The notes under the pieces were generated by a model, which did not search any database, was not told where the DNA came from, and saw nothing but the letters and a program-made list of their open reading frames with translations. From Felis catus (Eukaryota), in assembly GCF_018350175.1 (NCBI RefSeq), contig NC_058368.1, positions 104,720,001-104,784,000 of the forward strand: a DNA stretch of 64,000 nt, written 5' to 3'. This document shows, one piece after another, positions 26,340 through 40,555 of this stretch (the first letter of the stretch is position 1; each line of letters starts with the position of its first letter). Position numbers and translations under genes: made by a program.

Positions 26340-26685
26340 AAATGTTATACTCAGTGTTATTTCTTCAGACAGGCTTTCCTCCACCACTCCGTCTAAACAA
26401 GTATTCCCTTCCTGTCACGCTCTCTTTCCTTACTCAGGCCTTATTTTTCATCACACTATATAATCATTACTAGTCATGATATGACCGATTTATTTGTTTA
26501 ATATGTATCTGCACTTAAATTCTATATGTCTGTCTTCCCCAGTAGAGTGTAAGTTCTTTGAGGGCAAGGCTTTATATTGTTTTGCTCACTCTGAGCTACT
26601 TCCCCAGTGTCTAGAGCAGTGCCTGGAATATATTAAGCACTCAGTGAGCGTGTGTTGCATAAATGAATCAGTGAATGAATGAAGC
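26340..26685 (+). mobile_element. L2 3' end
   Basis: agagtgtaagttctttgagggcaagg...agcagtgcctgg...ending in (tgaa)n. Confidence 0.8.
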
Positions 26686-26728
26686 TTTAGTTAAATGTGA
26701 GGGTCCTTTGTCTGTATACTTCTATTTT

Positions 26729-26948
26729 TGTTTTTAATTTTTTTAACGTTTATTTATTTTTGAGACAGAGAGAGACAGAGCATGAATGGGGGAGGGTTAG
26801 AGAGAGAGGGAGACACAGAATCTGAAACAGGCCCCGGGCTCTGAGCTGTCAGCACAGAGCCCAACGCGGGGCTCGAACTCACAGACTGTGAGATCATGAC
26901 CCGAGCTGAAGCTGGACGCTCAACCGACTGAGCCACCCAGGCGCCCCT
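26729..26948 (-). mobile_element. SINEC
   Basis: TSD tgtatacttctattttt. Confidence 0.94.
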
Positions 26949-27239
26949 GTATACTTCTATTTTATAGTGGGATGAGACTGTGTTGTCTCATTTTTCAAGG
27001 AATTCTCTGAATTCTTCCTTTAAAACATATGTGAATGGTAATTAGATCAGTGTCATAGCTGAAATTAATTATACTCTCTGAGCTATCTCAAGATAAGTGA
27101 AATAGGAAAGTCATAAAACTTCTGATCCCTTGAAATAAAGTATAACTTGACTTAAATGGGCCATTTTAATATATTCTTAGCAAACTGATTAAGAGTTAGC
27201 ATACTATTCATCAAGACATTTATTCCATGTTTCTTCTTC

Positions 27240-27459
27240 TTTTAAAAGTTTTTAAAATGTTTATTTATTATTGAGAGAGAGAGAGAGACAGAGGGAGAGC
27301 CAGTGAGAGGCAGAGAGAGAGGGAGACAGAATCCGAAGCAGGCTCCAGGCTCCCAGCTGTCGGCACAGAGCCTAACTGTGGGCTCGAACTCACGAACTGT
27401 GAGATCATGACCTGAGCCGAGGTTGGAATCTTAACCGACTGAGTCACTGAGGTGCCCCT
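27240..27459 (-). mobile_element. SINEC
   Basis: TSD tgtttcttctt. Confidence 0.92.
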
Positions 27460-27600
27460 CCCTGTTTCTTCTTAACTGTTTTAGAATACTTTGCTCTTCA
27501 TACCTTTATTATATATATATATATGTAATAGCCCTTTGGTATTAAAATAAAAATTCTTGATTTCTAATCAAATTGTCAGTCAAAAGAAGTAACAGTGTGA

Positions 27601-27723
<123 letters not shown>

Positions 27724-28786
27724 TAAGACCTTTATCTCTTTGTGGGTCACTTATTTTTCCTGGTGCTGGTGTGCATCTGTTAATGGCAGCCAAGACGGAG
27801 GCCTGGGGAGCTGGGGAAGCTTGGACTATTCCCTTTCCCTTTTGATGGCTGCTTTCCTGGTCTGTGGAATGAGGGAAGCATTGCTCTGTTCCTCTGTGTT
27901 ATAAAAAATCTCCAAATGAATGTTGCCTGAGGAGAAAACAGATGTCATAAAAGGATTATTGAAGGCTGGATGTGGCAGTGTTCATTACAGTTTTGCAATA
28001 AGTGTCTCTTTGGAAATGGGTCAAGTTGTCACTCGACTTAGGTCACAGAAGGGAAGAGAGGCATGACTTTCCCGCAGCAGTGGACTGGAGCCCCAAGTCA
28101 GCTTCTGAGAGGCGGGTGTGTTCTTTTCTGGGGCACAGAAAGATGAAGGCTTTCACAAAGTAGAAGAGTTTTCACGCTAAGCACCGACACTAAGTCTGAG
28201 TCACAAAGTAGACCTTCTTCTTTGTCATTTTCTCTCTCCCTTCCCCAGCTCACCGGTTCACTCTGGAATGTCTCAAGGCAAGCTTGATATTTTATGATAC
28301 ACTTCAGAAAAATCCTAGAATATCGTGTGGGATGAAGTTTGCAAACTGAGGTTTCTTACTACTGGGTGTAGGACATAGAGAGGACATCATTAGAAAGGGT
28401 TTTATTCAAATATTTTGGCTCAACACATAGCTAGAGGGGCCACTTTGTTTTCTGAGCTGAGACACTGGTGTTGAGTTGCATAGAGAGACAAGGTTCTGCT
28501 CTAACTGGATGGCATTAGGATCAATTGAACACCTCTTAGCATGAGTATCTGCAGCGCTGGGTAATAGCCCTGGGTGGCCTCAGATAAGCCCTTTCTACCT
28601 CTTTGAGACTCCTTTGCTCTCTAGTGGAGAGAGGAGTTAAATGGATATGTGTGTGTGCCCTCTTCTTTCCAGTGACTGGATTCTATTCTTTAAATGAACA
28701 GCAGCAGTTCCTCAACTTTGATTTAGAACCAGGGCTTTTTGTGATAATAAATGTTCACTGAAAAACTTAGAAAATAGAACGAAACA

Positions 28787-29023
28787 GGGGCGCCTGGGTG
28801 GCACAGTCGGTTAAGCGTCCGACTTCAGCCAGGTCACGATCTCGCGGTCCGTGAGTTCGAGCCCCGCGTCAGGCTCTGGGCTGATGGCTCCGAGCCTGGA
28901 GCCTGTTTCCGATTCTGTGCCTCCCTCTCTCTCTGCCCCTCCCCCGTTCATGCTCTGTCTCTCTCTGTCCCAAAAATAAATAAAAAACGTTGAAAAAAAA
29001 TTAAAAAAAAATAAATAAATAAA
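28787..29023 (+). mobile_element. Young SINEC_Fc-type SINE
   Basis: Perfect 18-nt TSD agaaaatagaacgaaaca at 28769-28786 and 29024-29041. Confidence 0.96.
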
Positions 29024-29052
29024 AGAAAATAGAACGAAACAAAAGAAAAGGA

Positions 29053-29270
29053 GGGGTGCCTGGGTGGTTCAGTCAGTTAAGCATCTGGTTCAGGTCATGA
29101 TCTCACGGTCCGTGAGTTCGAGCCCTGCACTGGGCTCTGTGCTGATGGCTCAGAGCCTGGAGCCTGCTTCAGATTTTGTGTCTCTGTCTCTCTCTGCCCC
29201 TCCCCACTCACACTCTGTCTCTCTCTGTCAAAAATAAATAAACATTAAAAAAAATGAAAAAAAAAAAAAA
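29053..29270 (+). mobile_element. SINEC
   Basis: Head and poly(A); flanking aaaaggag repeat. Confidence 0.92.
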
Positions 29271-31256
29271 AGGAGACTACATTGAGAGTATGTTCCCTGG
29301 TCAGTAAATGTACTTTTGTAGCATATTGCAAATGTCATTGTGCGATTGCGTTGTAGATACTTAACCAGTTTCAAGTGTTGAATATTTGTGCCATTTCCAT
29401 GTTTTACCTATTATGACCTGTTCTAGAAGACATCATCATGGTTAAATCTGTGTTCATACCCTTAATTAGTAGGTAAGGATACCTTGTTAGAAGTAATATT
29501 CCTGGGCCAGAGGTATATACCTATTTTTAAAATGTTTGGTGTCTTTCTGCTTTCTGCTGCTACTTACAGTATTTGGAAATGCTTTTTGCTTAAACTGTGT
29601 GCCAATTTTCCCTTTGGTAATTTTTTTTCTCAGTTTGCATGCCTCTGATTAACAATGTCAAATAAGAAAAATTACATGTTTATAATCAAACATCTTAGCG
29701 AATAATTATGAACCGATCTCTGTGGCCCAGGCTGATGGGAGTTTTCAAAGCAAAGCCCTGAGCATGCGCCCAGGCAGAACGGGCGTGGACCCTGGCTGTC
29801 TGGGCTGGCCACTTCCCAGGGGCTTCGGGGTGACGTTATCTTGGTGCCCTTGCCGGGGCTCTAACGTACAAGAACAATCATCAATAGAATAAGAGAGTGG
29901 TTGTGTCTCCCAGGATTCTTTTCTATTACCCAGGTCACAGAAATGTTATATATAAAGTCAGGATGCTCTTGCATTAAGTTAGGTAGAGCCTGGAGAGGTG
30001 TTTGGGCAGTCTTCTGTCGTACCTTCTTTCCTTGAAGGCCTTGCGCTAAGGAAGCTTGATTTTACTGGCAAGCTGGTGGGAGGAGCATGGATCCAAGCAA
30101 GGTCTGTTAGGGTTTTGGTGCTTCCTGGTCCCAGCCTTCCAGAACCCAACACCTCTGTCATTTTCTGCATCGCTGCTGCCCAGCTCTAGCATCATCACAC
30201 GTCGATATTATAATGATAGAAATGACTTTTCCTTTATCTCACACTAGGTGGGTCGCAAGGTGTCCTCCTGATGGCTTTAGCATTTGCCTCTAAAGTTCTT
30301 CTTTTTCTAAGCCTTTCTGCCTGACCAACTGCCCCTGGAGACTGAAACGTTTTTCCTTTAGATATGTTAATATATTTGATCAGCTTACTGTCTCCTCTCA
30401 GAGGCCTGGGAGCTATTTGGTCTCTTTTAAGGTATTTTGCATCTCTCCACTCTGATGTCTTGATTTCATAGCTTTACCCCAGAGGATGATCAAGCTTCCC
30501 TTGTTTCCTTGTTCTTGGGGATGCCTCCAGTCAGTCTTCTGTCCTCTCAACAGCTGGCTGCAGTGAGGCACCCTAGTGGATAGAGAAGGGAGAGAGAAGA
30601 CAGGACTCTTGGTTCTGCTCTCCTTTTCAATTAGTTTTTGCTGTCAGGTACACAGAATAGTCATCATTGTTAACTGTTTCTAGTTACCAGACAGAATTGA
30701 AACACAAGAATTGGTTATAATTTTAGTTTAATTTTTGGTAGTAAGTTTTCCTAGAAGGCAAAAAGGATGGTTTCATGCAAATACATACCCATATTTGAAA
30801 AAAGTATCCTTTAATTAGCTGGACTAGATCCTTCTGGAGAGCAAGCTCTATTTTTATTACCTCTGCTTCATCCTGCTAAAGATGATGCATTTCCTCTAGA
30901 CAGATTGTGTAGAGGCTGCTAGTCCACAGAGCACATTTTGAGTCACCAGGGTCTCTGTCCAGAAGACAGATTGTGTCATCAGGCAGGAAGAATCAAGACG
31001 GAGAACGTAGGGAATAGCATTGGAATCTGGGTGGGAAAAGGAATGTTTGGAAAATTTTTCATAAAGAAAATATTACTAGACCTGAAAATGTCCATGATTT
31101 CTTGAGGAGGTTTTAACCTATTCCTAACAATAATTAAACTTTTAAGTGTATTCATCTTTCAGGGTAACTATTCTTGCCCAATGTTGTGTTTAATTACTTT
31201 TGATGTGGAGAAATTCAAATAGTAATGAAGAAAAGCACAGGGGAATGAAATGGGTT

Positions 31257-31258
<2 letters not shown>

Positions 31259-31293
<35 letters not shown>
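31259..31293. repeat. (TG)n microsatellite
   Basis: Direct observation. Confidence 0.97.
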
Positions 31294-31296
<3 letters not shown>

Positions 31297-31347
31297 TCAC
31301 GCGCACATTTATCTGTGTATATATGTATGTAGTATGTGTAGTAAGTG

Positions 31348-31810
31348 TTTTTTTTAAAGTATAGTTGACACACACTGTTATGTTAGTTTCTGGTGTGATT
31401 CTTGTATACTTCAGCTTCTCTATATGTCACGCTATGCTCACCACAAGTGTGGCTCCATATAATAGCTAAAATGCAATTACAGTGTCATTGACTACATTCC
31501 CTATGCTGTGGCTTTTATTCCTGTGACTCATTCATTCCATAATGGGAAGCCTATATTTTGCACTCCCCTTCACCTTTTTTGCCCACCCTTCCACCCTCTT
31601 CCCTCTGGCCACCATCGATTTGTTCTCTGTATTTGTAAGTCTGATTTTGCTTTTCTAATTTATTCATTTGTTCTGTTTTTTAGATTCCACAGATGAGTGA
31701 ATCGTATGGTATTTGTCTTTCTCTGTCTGACTTATTTCGCATAGTATTCATTAGGTCCATCCATGTTGTCATAAATGACAAAATCTCACCCTTTTCTTTG
31801 TAGGATATTC

Positions 31811-31844
<34 letters not shown>

Positions 31845-32325
31845 ACATCACATCTTTATCCACTCATCTTTTTTTAATATGTCATTCTTTTTTTAAGGCT
31901 ATTTATTTATTTATTTATTTAGAGTATGTGTTAATGGGGAAGGGACAAAGGGGGGGGGGAAGAGAAAGAGAAGAGAATCCCAAGCAGGCCCTGTGCTGTC
32001 AGCACAGAGCCTATTGTGGGGCTCAATTCCACCAATTATGAGATCACGACCTGAGCTGAAATCAAGAGTTGGAGGATGCTCAACTGAGCTGCCCAGGCAC
32101 CCCAAGATTTCATTCTTTTCATGACTGAGTAATATTCCGTTGTGTATATATAACACGTTTTCTTTATCTATTTATCCATCAATAGACCCTAATGTTGTTT
32201 CTCTCTCAGCTATTATAAATAATGCTGCTATATACATAGGGGTATAGATACCTTTTTGAGTTAGTGTTTCTGTTGCCTTCAGATAAATACCCATAAGTAG
32301 AATTGTTGGGTCATTTGGAAGTTTT

Positions 32326-32389
<64 letters not shown>

Positions 32390-33670
32390 TCACGTTTATT
32401 TTTGAGAGAGAGAGACAGAGTGTCACCGGGGGAGCTGCAGAGAGAGAAGGAGACGCAGAATCTGAAACAGGCTCCAGGCTCTGAGCTAATGTGGGGCTAG
32501 AACCCACAAACCGTGAGATCATGACCTGAGCTGAAGCCGGACACTTAACCGACTAAGCCACCCAGGTGCCCCTCGGTAGTTCTATTTTTAATTTTTTGAG
32601 GAACCTCCATGCTGTTTTTCATAGTGGCTGTACCAATTTACATGCCCACCAACAGTGCACAAGGGCTCCCTTTTCTCCACATCCTCACAACACTTGTTAT
32701 TTCTTGTCTTTTTTGTAATAGACGTTTTAACAGGTGGAGATGATATCTCATTGTGATTTTGATTTGTATTTCCCCAATGAATAGTGATGATGAACACTTT
32801 TTCATATACCTGTTGGCCATCTATATGTCTTCTTTGGAAAAATGTCTGTTCAGATCCTTTGCCCATTTTTTTAATGGATATTTTTTCTTCCTCTTGAGTT
32901 GTGTGAATTTTTAAAAATATATTTGGGATATTAACTCCTTATTGGATATATTATCAGATATGTGATTTGCAAGTTTTTTTTTTTATTTGTAGGTTGCTCT
33001 TCATTTTCTTGATGATTTCCTTTGAAGTGCAAAGGATTTTTAGTTGGATGGAGTCCTACTTGTTTATTTTAATTTTTTCTGCCTTTGCTTTTGGTGTCAT
33101 ATCCAAAAACTTATCTCTAAGATTGATGTTAAGAAGCTTATTGCCTATGTTTTCTTCTAGGAGTTTTATGCTTTCAGGTCTTACATTCAAGTCTTTGATC
33201 CAAATTGAACTTATTTTTGTGTGTCATGAAAGACAGTTGTCCGGGTTTTTTTGCATTCTTCTGCATGTGGCTGTCCAGTGTTCCTAGTACCGTTTATTGA
33301 AGAGACTGTCTTTTCTCCATTGTATATTTGTGGCTCCTTTGCCATAAATTAATTGACCATGTATGAGTCAGTTTATTTCTGGCCTCTCTGTTCTGCTCCA
33401 TTGATCCCTGTGTCTGTTTTTATGTCAATACCAAACTGCTTTGATTCCTGTAGTTTGAAATCAGGAAGTGTGATGCCTCCAGCTTTGTTCTTATTTCTCA
33501 AGATTGTTTTGGCTTTTTGGGCTCTTTTGTGATTTCACACAAATTCTAGGTTTCTTTGGTCTATTTCTGTGAACAACATCATTGTAATTTTGATAGAGAT
33601 CGTATTGAATAGTAGGTGGCTTGGGGTAGTATGGACATTTTAACATTACTAATTTTTCGAATCCATTGTT
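31348..33670 (-). mobile_element. Antisense L1 composite (3' UTR plus 3' part of ORF2) interrupted by SINECs at ~31888-32103 and ~32325-32572, the latter with a (TTTC)n tail
   Basis: Minus-strand ORF2-like peptides ([38 protein letters not shown]). Confidence 0.9.
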
Positions 33671-34018
33671 TGGAATAACTGATATATTGAGTTTATAAAT
33701 CTAAAAACCTAGTGTTTGATATGCTAAATTTAGCTTAGAGATGTTTTATTCATCAGTCTAACTCTAATAAACACACTGAAGGGCCTCTAACTCATGTTTT
33801 ACAAATTTAAACACCATCAAGTTTTTAAAACGGAATTTATGCTTTTAAAATGGAATAGACACTATAGATTTTGATGATCTTACACATTTCCACATTAAAT
33901 TCAAAATGTTCACAAGGCTGAAAAATAGTTACCCTCTAAGAAAATAATTATATCATCTCATGTTTTTGCTTTACTGTAAAAAAAAATTTGGTGGTCTCTT
34001 TTCAGTTTGCTGAAGTAT

Positions 34019-34242
34019 TTTTTTTTTAAGTTGATTTATTTATTGAGAGAGGGAGAGACAGAGAGAGCATGTGTGCACAAGTGGGAGAAGGGCAGAGAGC
34101 TAGGGATAGAGAGAGAATCCCAAGTGGGCTTCTTGCTAACAGTGTGCACTATGTGAGGCTCAGACTCACGAACCGTGAGATCACGATCTCAGCTGAAATC
34201 AAGAGTCAGATGTTTAACTGATGGAACCACCCAGACACCCCC
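34019..34242 (-). mobile_element. SINEC
   Basis: TSD cagtttgctgaagt. Confidence 0.92.
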
Positions 34243-34274
34243 AGTTTGCTGAAGTTTTTGGTTAATTAATTAGT

Positions 34275-34660
34275 TTGTTTCAATTGTAGTAAAAAATACA
34301 TAACATTAAATACCATCTTAATAATTTTTAAGTGTACTATTTAGTGGTGTTGAGTGTATTTACTTTGTTGTGTAACAGATCCCTAGAACTTTTTCATTTT
34401 TTAAATTGAAACTCTGTACTTATTAAATCTTAATTCCCCCCTCTTCCTTTACTCCAGCCCTTGGCCATCACCTTTTAACTTCTACTTCCTGTTTCTGGGG
34501 TTTTAACTACTTTAGAGACTTTATATGAATGAAATCATACAATTTTTGTCCTTTTATGACAGACTTATTTTACTTGGTACAATGTCCTCGAGTTTCATCC
34601 ATGTTATAACTTTTGCTAGAAATTACTTTTCTAAGTCCACATAATATTCCTTTGTATTGT
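34275..34660 (-). mobile_element. Old L1 3' UTR (L1MB-like)
   Basis: taacattaaataccatcttaataatttttaagtgtac...aactttttcat...gaaactctgtac. Confidence 0.8.
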
Positions 34661-35439
34661 TTTCTGAAGTTTTTAAAATATCAGGGAACCTGGTTCTTTA
34701 TTGTTACCTTGATGGAACATACTGAGTCCCTTGTCTATTCCAGATGTTGCCTTCTGTATCCCTGAAATCTGAGACCCATTCTGTCTTAGTCTTGTTTTTC
34801 AGGTTAGGTTCGAACTATCAACCCAGTTGGTGACCCCATTTGATTGAATGTGACATATCTTTTAGTCATTAAAATATGTAAATGTATTTTTTTTCCTAAA
34901 TTTACTGTGGCAATTACTATAATTATGTATTCTTTTCATGTAAGTCATATTTTATGACTCATATCTCTTGTAAATATGAAAATGATATCTCATTGCATGT
35001 TGCATATCTCATGGTTGGAATGTGAAATCATAACCTCTAAGGTCATCTTACTCACTCTCTTTCACCTTGCTTTGATGCAAGTCCCATGTATAGTCTAATG
35101 TTACAAGAGTGACAGTTGTGTGGCTCTTCCTCCAAGGTATTAATTTCCTCTGTAAGATGAGCAGTCTCCAGATACTTCCCATCTTCCATCTTGTCAACCC
35201 CCCACCCCTGTATATAGTCCGTATAGGTTTCTCATTTAGAATTTTTCTCTTATTCCTGAAATGAAAAGATGCACAACACAAACTAGCCTTAATGTAGTGT
35301 GTTCAAAGATTATAAATTAACATCGATGTCTTCCTCATTGTTTTGTCTCCCTCACTTTTCCTTCCTTCCTTTCTTCCTTCCTCCCTCCCCTCCTCCCTTC
35401 CTCCTTTCCTCTCTCCCTCCCTACGTACTTACCTATTCA

Positions 35440-36230
35440 CTCATTCAATTATTGGACACTTAAACAGTTTAGTGGATGCAGTGAGCATGATTTTATATCT
35501 CTCTTTGCACATGTGAGTGATTCGTAAGATAAATTACATGGGACTTCTGGGACAAAGGGCATGAATATTGTATCAGTAAGGATTAGGTTCAGTTCTGAGA
35601 TACAAGTTTCTTTCTTTCTTACCTATGAGCCCAGATTTGGGTAAACCAGGAGGGGCCCAGGCAATTTCCACCTTTCTGCCCTACCATCTCTGAGGTACAG
35701 CCTTCATCTTCATGTACCATTACTGATCTCTATGTATCAGTCTTGTTCCCAAGCAGTGGATGGAGGAGGCAAGAGTAAGAGGCAAATGGCAAAGGCAGCT
35801 GTCTTTTAAGGAAAGTTCTTGGAAGTGATTGCATTCTATTTCCACTTTGACCAAAATATAGTCACCGGCCTTACTAACCTGTAAGAGCCTCTTAATTCTG
35901 GATGATCAGGAACCTGCCTGGTAAAAATCTATTGTTATAGGATGGTAATAATGAATATTAGGGGACAGGAGCCATCTGAGCCACATTTTAAGACTTTTTG
36001 ATACAGATTGCCAAATTGCTGTCGAGCAGGTTGTACCAACTTGCTTGCCCACAAGAAGGGTGTGAGCGTGCCCACTTCTCCATATCTTTACCAACACTAG
36101 GTATTACTATTGCTTCCAACCTATGGGGGGGGGGGTGGAATGGTAACTTGCTTGCTTTACTTTGCATTCCCTTGATTACTAGTGATGGTGTTCTCTTCAA
36201 AAACATATATTCATCAGCCATTTGTATTTT
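35440..36230 (-). mobile_element. Old L1 ORF2 fragment split by an MLT1-type LTR (~35569-35985)
   Basis: L1 phrase aaagggcatgaatat | ttttaagactttttgatacagattgccaaattgc is interrupted by a TG...CA bounded MaLR-like segment. Confidence 0.65.
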
Positions 36231-37087
36231 GGCTTCAAGGATGAGAACAGTCTGGAGGATACAGTGAAACTGCTTTGCTCTTCAGAGAGTCACAGAAATG
36301 CTGATGAGAAGCAAGAAGGGGAAGTAGAGAAAAAAGGGAGACAGTGTGAGACTACAGCTTGAATAATAAATGCCAGGGTCAAACCAGCAGAAGACTCAGG
36401 CCCTTCAGAGCTTCTTACCATCATCAGTGTTGCTGGCGTCCTTTCCCTCCTCACCACAATGTTCCCCAGGTCCCTCTCCCCCATGACCTCAACTCTTTGA
36501 AGCTCTGGGGATGGCATAGAGCCTGGTGGCCTCTTATCTTCTCCCATGGCTCCCCACCATGAGCCCTGAGGATAGAGGAATACTCTCTGCTCCCATGGCA
36601 GTGAGGACAGCTTGAAGCAGTGAACGTGCACTCTCCATGGAGAGGAGCCAAGATCCAGACTCATGATCTTCATGGAACTGCAGTTTTGGAGTAAATGAAT
36701 GTTGGAGGCAGCCCTAAGTGCCTCACCATTATTTACAACAATAGAACTTCAGGCAGGTGCCTTTGCGATACACACAACTGATTTCCAAACACATAGTTGA
36801 AACCTGACCCCCTAGCAAGTAGGAATCTCTTATTGATTTGGTTTCACGGGACTAGGAAAAGCTCGTAGGAAAAGCAGCAGCAGAGTGGGAAGTTGGCACC
36901 TCTCCTTCTGTGGGATTGCTTAATCATGAAACAAGGCTGGCCATCCATTCTCATTCTGGTGTCCTGGGTCTCACCTTGGCTGGTGGCAGAGAAGGCAGGT
37001 GTAAGCAGGGTTGCATGTGGCAGAATTGTGAATGGACACACGACATGACCAGGGGTCCCTTCTCCTGTCTAGCTCTCAACCTTTTGT

Positions 37088-37527
37088 TTGTTTTTTTGTT
37101 TTTATTATTTATTTTTGAGAAAGAGAGAGAGAGAGAGACAGAGCATGAGCAGGGAGAGGCAGAGAGAGAGGGAGACACAGACTCTGGAGCAGCTCCAGGC
37201 TCTGAGCTGTCAGCACAGAGACTGTTGCGGGGCTTGAACTCATGAACCGTGAAATCATGACCTGAGCCGAAGTCGGACGCTTAAGCAGCTGAGCTACCCA
37301 GGCACCCCTGTTTGTTCCTTTTTAGTGTTCTTTTTTTTTTTTAAGTTTATTTATTTATTTTTGAGAAGTGGGAGGGGCAGAGAGAAAGGGAGAGAGGATC
37401 CCAAGCAGGCTCTGCACTGTCAGCACAGAGTCCGACTGGGGGCTCGATCTCATGAATCGTGAGATCATGACTTGAGCTGAAATCCAGAGCTGGACGCTTA
37501 ACCGGCTGAGCCACCCAGGCACCCCTG
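37088..37527 (-). mobile_element. Two tandem antisense SINECs (~37088-37308 and ~37330-37527)
   Basis: Two T-tail/(GA)n/reverse-head units. Confidence 0.92.
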
Positions 37528-38234
37528 GCTCCCATCTTTTTGCCCCACATGCCCAGTCTTCTACTGGATGCTGCTGCAAAGGAAAAGACCATTTTGACAA
37601 ATGTTTCTTTGGGGGTAGACTTAACTCTGTTTTCCTATTTTTGTTAGATAGGGAAGGTCAAATGCAACTTCAAATTCAAGCTGCCATGGGGGCATTACAG
37701 GCAGTGCTGCTTGCGAGCAAGACAGTGGAAGAGATTTGTGGACTGGGTCATCCACTCTATTGCCTTGTAGGCCAGCCCTGATTGTGGAAGATCGGTTCCC
37801 ATGGATGTGCCCTGCCTGTCTTTGGCATTCATTAAGAGAACTCTGGAACTGTAAACAAGAAGCCTTAACTCCCACACACTGAACTGTATATGATTTCCTG
37901 TTCTTAGCAGAGATGAGTGTGACAATTGATTACCATAGCAGTGAATGAATATTCACAGCTGATTTTTAACTTGGCCAATTTTATGAAAAACAGACCTGGT
38001 TATAGGCAAGTAGGGAGCTAGAACTGGGGTGGCTGTTTACACAAAAAATAATTCTTGCAAATGAACTTACTCTTGTTTGAATGTCATGCTTCAGTAAGCA
38101 ATGGGTTGTAAGTCCAAATTTTGGGTTAAGGGCTTAGAGACATCTGTAGCTCACTTACCCAGGACTATTTTTCTTCCAGGAGGCAAATAGGCCACATAGG
38201 TGATGCTTTAAAGGGCCATAGAACCCACACATTT

Positions 38235-38236
<2 letters not shown>

Positions 38237-38280
<44 letters not shown>
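38237..38280. repeat. (AT)n microsatellite
   Basis: Direct observation. Confidence 0.97.
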
Positions 38281-38284
<4 letters not shown>

Positions 38285-38890
38285 TCCTGGAATATTATGT
38301 TAAACTGGAATTAATAAAAGCTTCCCTTTTGGGAGAGGGGGCACCATCTCTTAGAAGTAGCTCCCTGGAACATTGTGTTTAGAAGGATTCTGAGGCCATG
38401 TTTGTGCTAAGGGAAAGAATGGAGTGACTCATTAGTGCTTTCTGTCATTATCATTAGGTGGCCCTAGTGCCTCACATTCGCCATCCCTCTGGTAGACTCT
38501 GTATGACATCCTGTGGCATTTTGGACCTCTTGAATCGTGGAGGTATCAGTTGAGGTTCCTGAATCATACAGCTGGCCATAGACTCCTGTTATACTTAGCT
38601 TTTCCATTTAACTCTGAAGTCGTATGTACTTGTTTCTCCCATTGTCCCCCAGAGAAATGAGCTTTCTCTTTGTGAGCTGGAATATTCAGGATTATATTGT
38701 CAACAATTTTATTTACGGAACGGAAACAGATACTCAACAGCCACATTTTGCCTCCATGTAGGCATAGGAGGATCTGGTAGGAAGGGCATTGCAGGCAAAG
38801 CGTCCTGATGGGCAAGGGTTTTAGGAATAGCAGCGCTGCAAGGACTCATTTCCCTCACCTGGAGATTATAGAAGAATGCATTAAATTCAT

Positions 38891-39112
38891 GGGGCGCCTG
38901 GGTGGCACAGTCGGTTAAGCATCCGACTTCAGCCAGGTCACGATCTCACAGTCCGGGAGTTCGAGCCCCGCGTCGGGCTCTGGGCTGATGGCTCAGAGCC
39001 TGGAGCCTGTTTCCGATTCTGTGTCTCCCTCTCTCTCTGCCCCTCCCCCGTTCATGCTCTGTCTCTCTCTGTCCCAGAAATAAATAAACGTTGAAAAAAA
39101 ATTAAAAAAAAA
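38891..39112 (+). mobile_element. Young SINEC_Fc-type SINE
   Basis: CpG-rich body nearly identical to the 28787 copy; short aaattc flanks. Confidence 0.95.
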
Positions 39113-39914
39113 ATTCTTTATTGGTCTTTTGCTGCTGAAAAGATTGGGGCTGAGATTTTTCAAGATGGCAAGTGCTAGGGTCCAGGGCAAGGTGCCTTGT
39201 GTGGGCTGAGAAATTTCCACCTTTGGCAGAGGGCTGTTTATTGATGAGCTGGGCATCTCTGGGGGAGGGAGGGGAGCACGGTAAGAGTTTAAGGAGTGGG
39301 CAACACCTCTCTGAAGCTGAAGGCACTCTGAGCCTTCTGCTCTGGATTTGCTTGACTCTCACAAGCTTGATTAATAATAGAGTTGTGATCTTGTCAAATA
39401 TTTCCCAACAACTGTGGTGGGTCGACTCTTGAACAGACTCTTTTGAGGCCGGATTAAAGTGAGACAATCCTATTGGGCTAGCCGAAGAGACCCTGAGCTG
39501 ACAGCAATCAGATGGTATGTTTCTAAGTATACCTACTCATGATGCCCTTTCTGCCACGGCAGTGGATTTTTTCATGTTTCCATAGGGACCCTGTGTTCTG
39601 TTGCTATGGAGCCCGACTTGGTTTGGAGGAACCTATCAGTAAATACTGGGAAAGGCCCTTTGTCCACATGTTTCACCAGCAGAAATTCCAATTTTCCCAC
39701 ACATCTATTGGAACCTAAACTTCAGGTCTCCAGTTTTGGTCTTTGGTCTCAGCTACTACTGAAAATAGGAAATCTGATAAACAATGCAGACGATCTTTGT
39801 TGATTTCTCGATGGTCAGTGTTTGCTCACTAGTTAGGATTTCACAAATAGAAACTATGAATATAATAGTAAATTGAAGATACCTTGAGTTTAAACAGATG
39901 GAAATCATGTCTGC

Positions 39915-39918
<4 letters not shown>

Positions 39919-39968
<50 letters not shown>
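39919..39968. repeat. T50 homopolymer
   Basis: Direct count. Confidence 0.95.
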
Positions 39969-39971
<3 letters not shown>

Positions 39972-40555
39972 TAAGAAAGCCTGACTTTAGAGTCCCATGG
40001 AAGCAGGCCAAAGGAAGGCCATGAAACATCCTTGCCTTATCTCTAGAAAATGAGTTCCTGCAATTTTACCCTTTACAAGACAGGTGGAATTCTTACAGGT
40101 CTAATAATTTACACAGCCTCCTTACAGAGATAGATAATAGCTAATAGGAAAGCTCAGAATGGAGAAGCAATTTTTATTGTACTATGGTTTAAATCTTTTT
40201 ACAGCAAAGTAATTTTAAAATAATGGGGAAAAAGCACATTTTGGCTTAAATGTCCAACCACAAAACATTGATCTGGCCAGGTGGTTGCAGAACTTGCATT
40301 TTTTTAGTCCAGGATGGTGACTCTCAGTACTTTTACAGATAATCCAGTGGTAAACCTATTCCATCCCTCTGGGCCACACACGGAGCTGCTAAAGGAGAGG
40401 GAGACAGGCACTGATACAAGCAGTGTTGCATGGACACTGTTCTGTCTTTAAGCTGCAGCAATATCCCAAGTTTTTTCTTGAAGAATAATTCTAAGAGGGT
40501 TGAAAGAAACCAGCTAGGCCTCCAAGAGAACCACTCTGTAGAAAAACAGTCCTTT

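Noticed and set aside
28787..28870. tRNA-like sequence with A and B boxes
   Set aside because: This is the tRNA-derived head of a SINE, followed by (CT)n and poly(A); it is not a tRNA gene.
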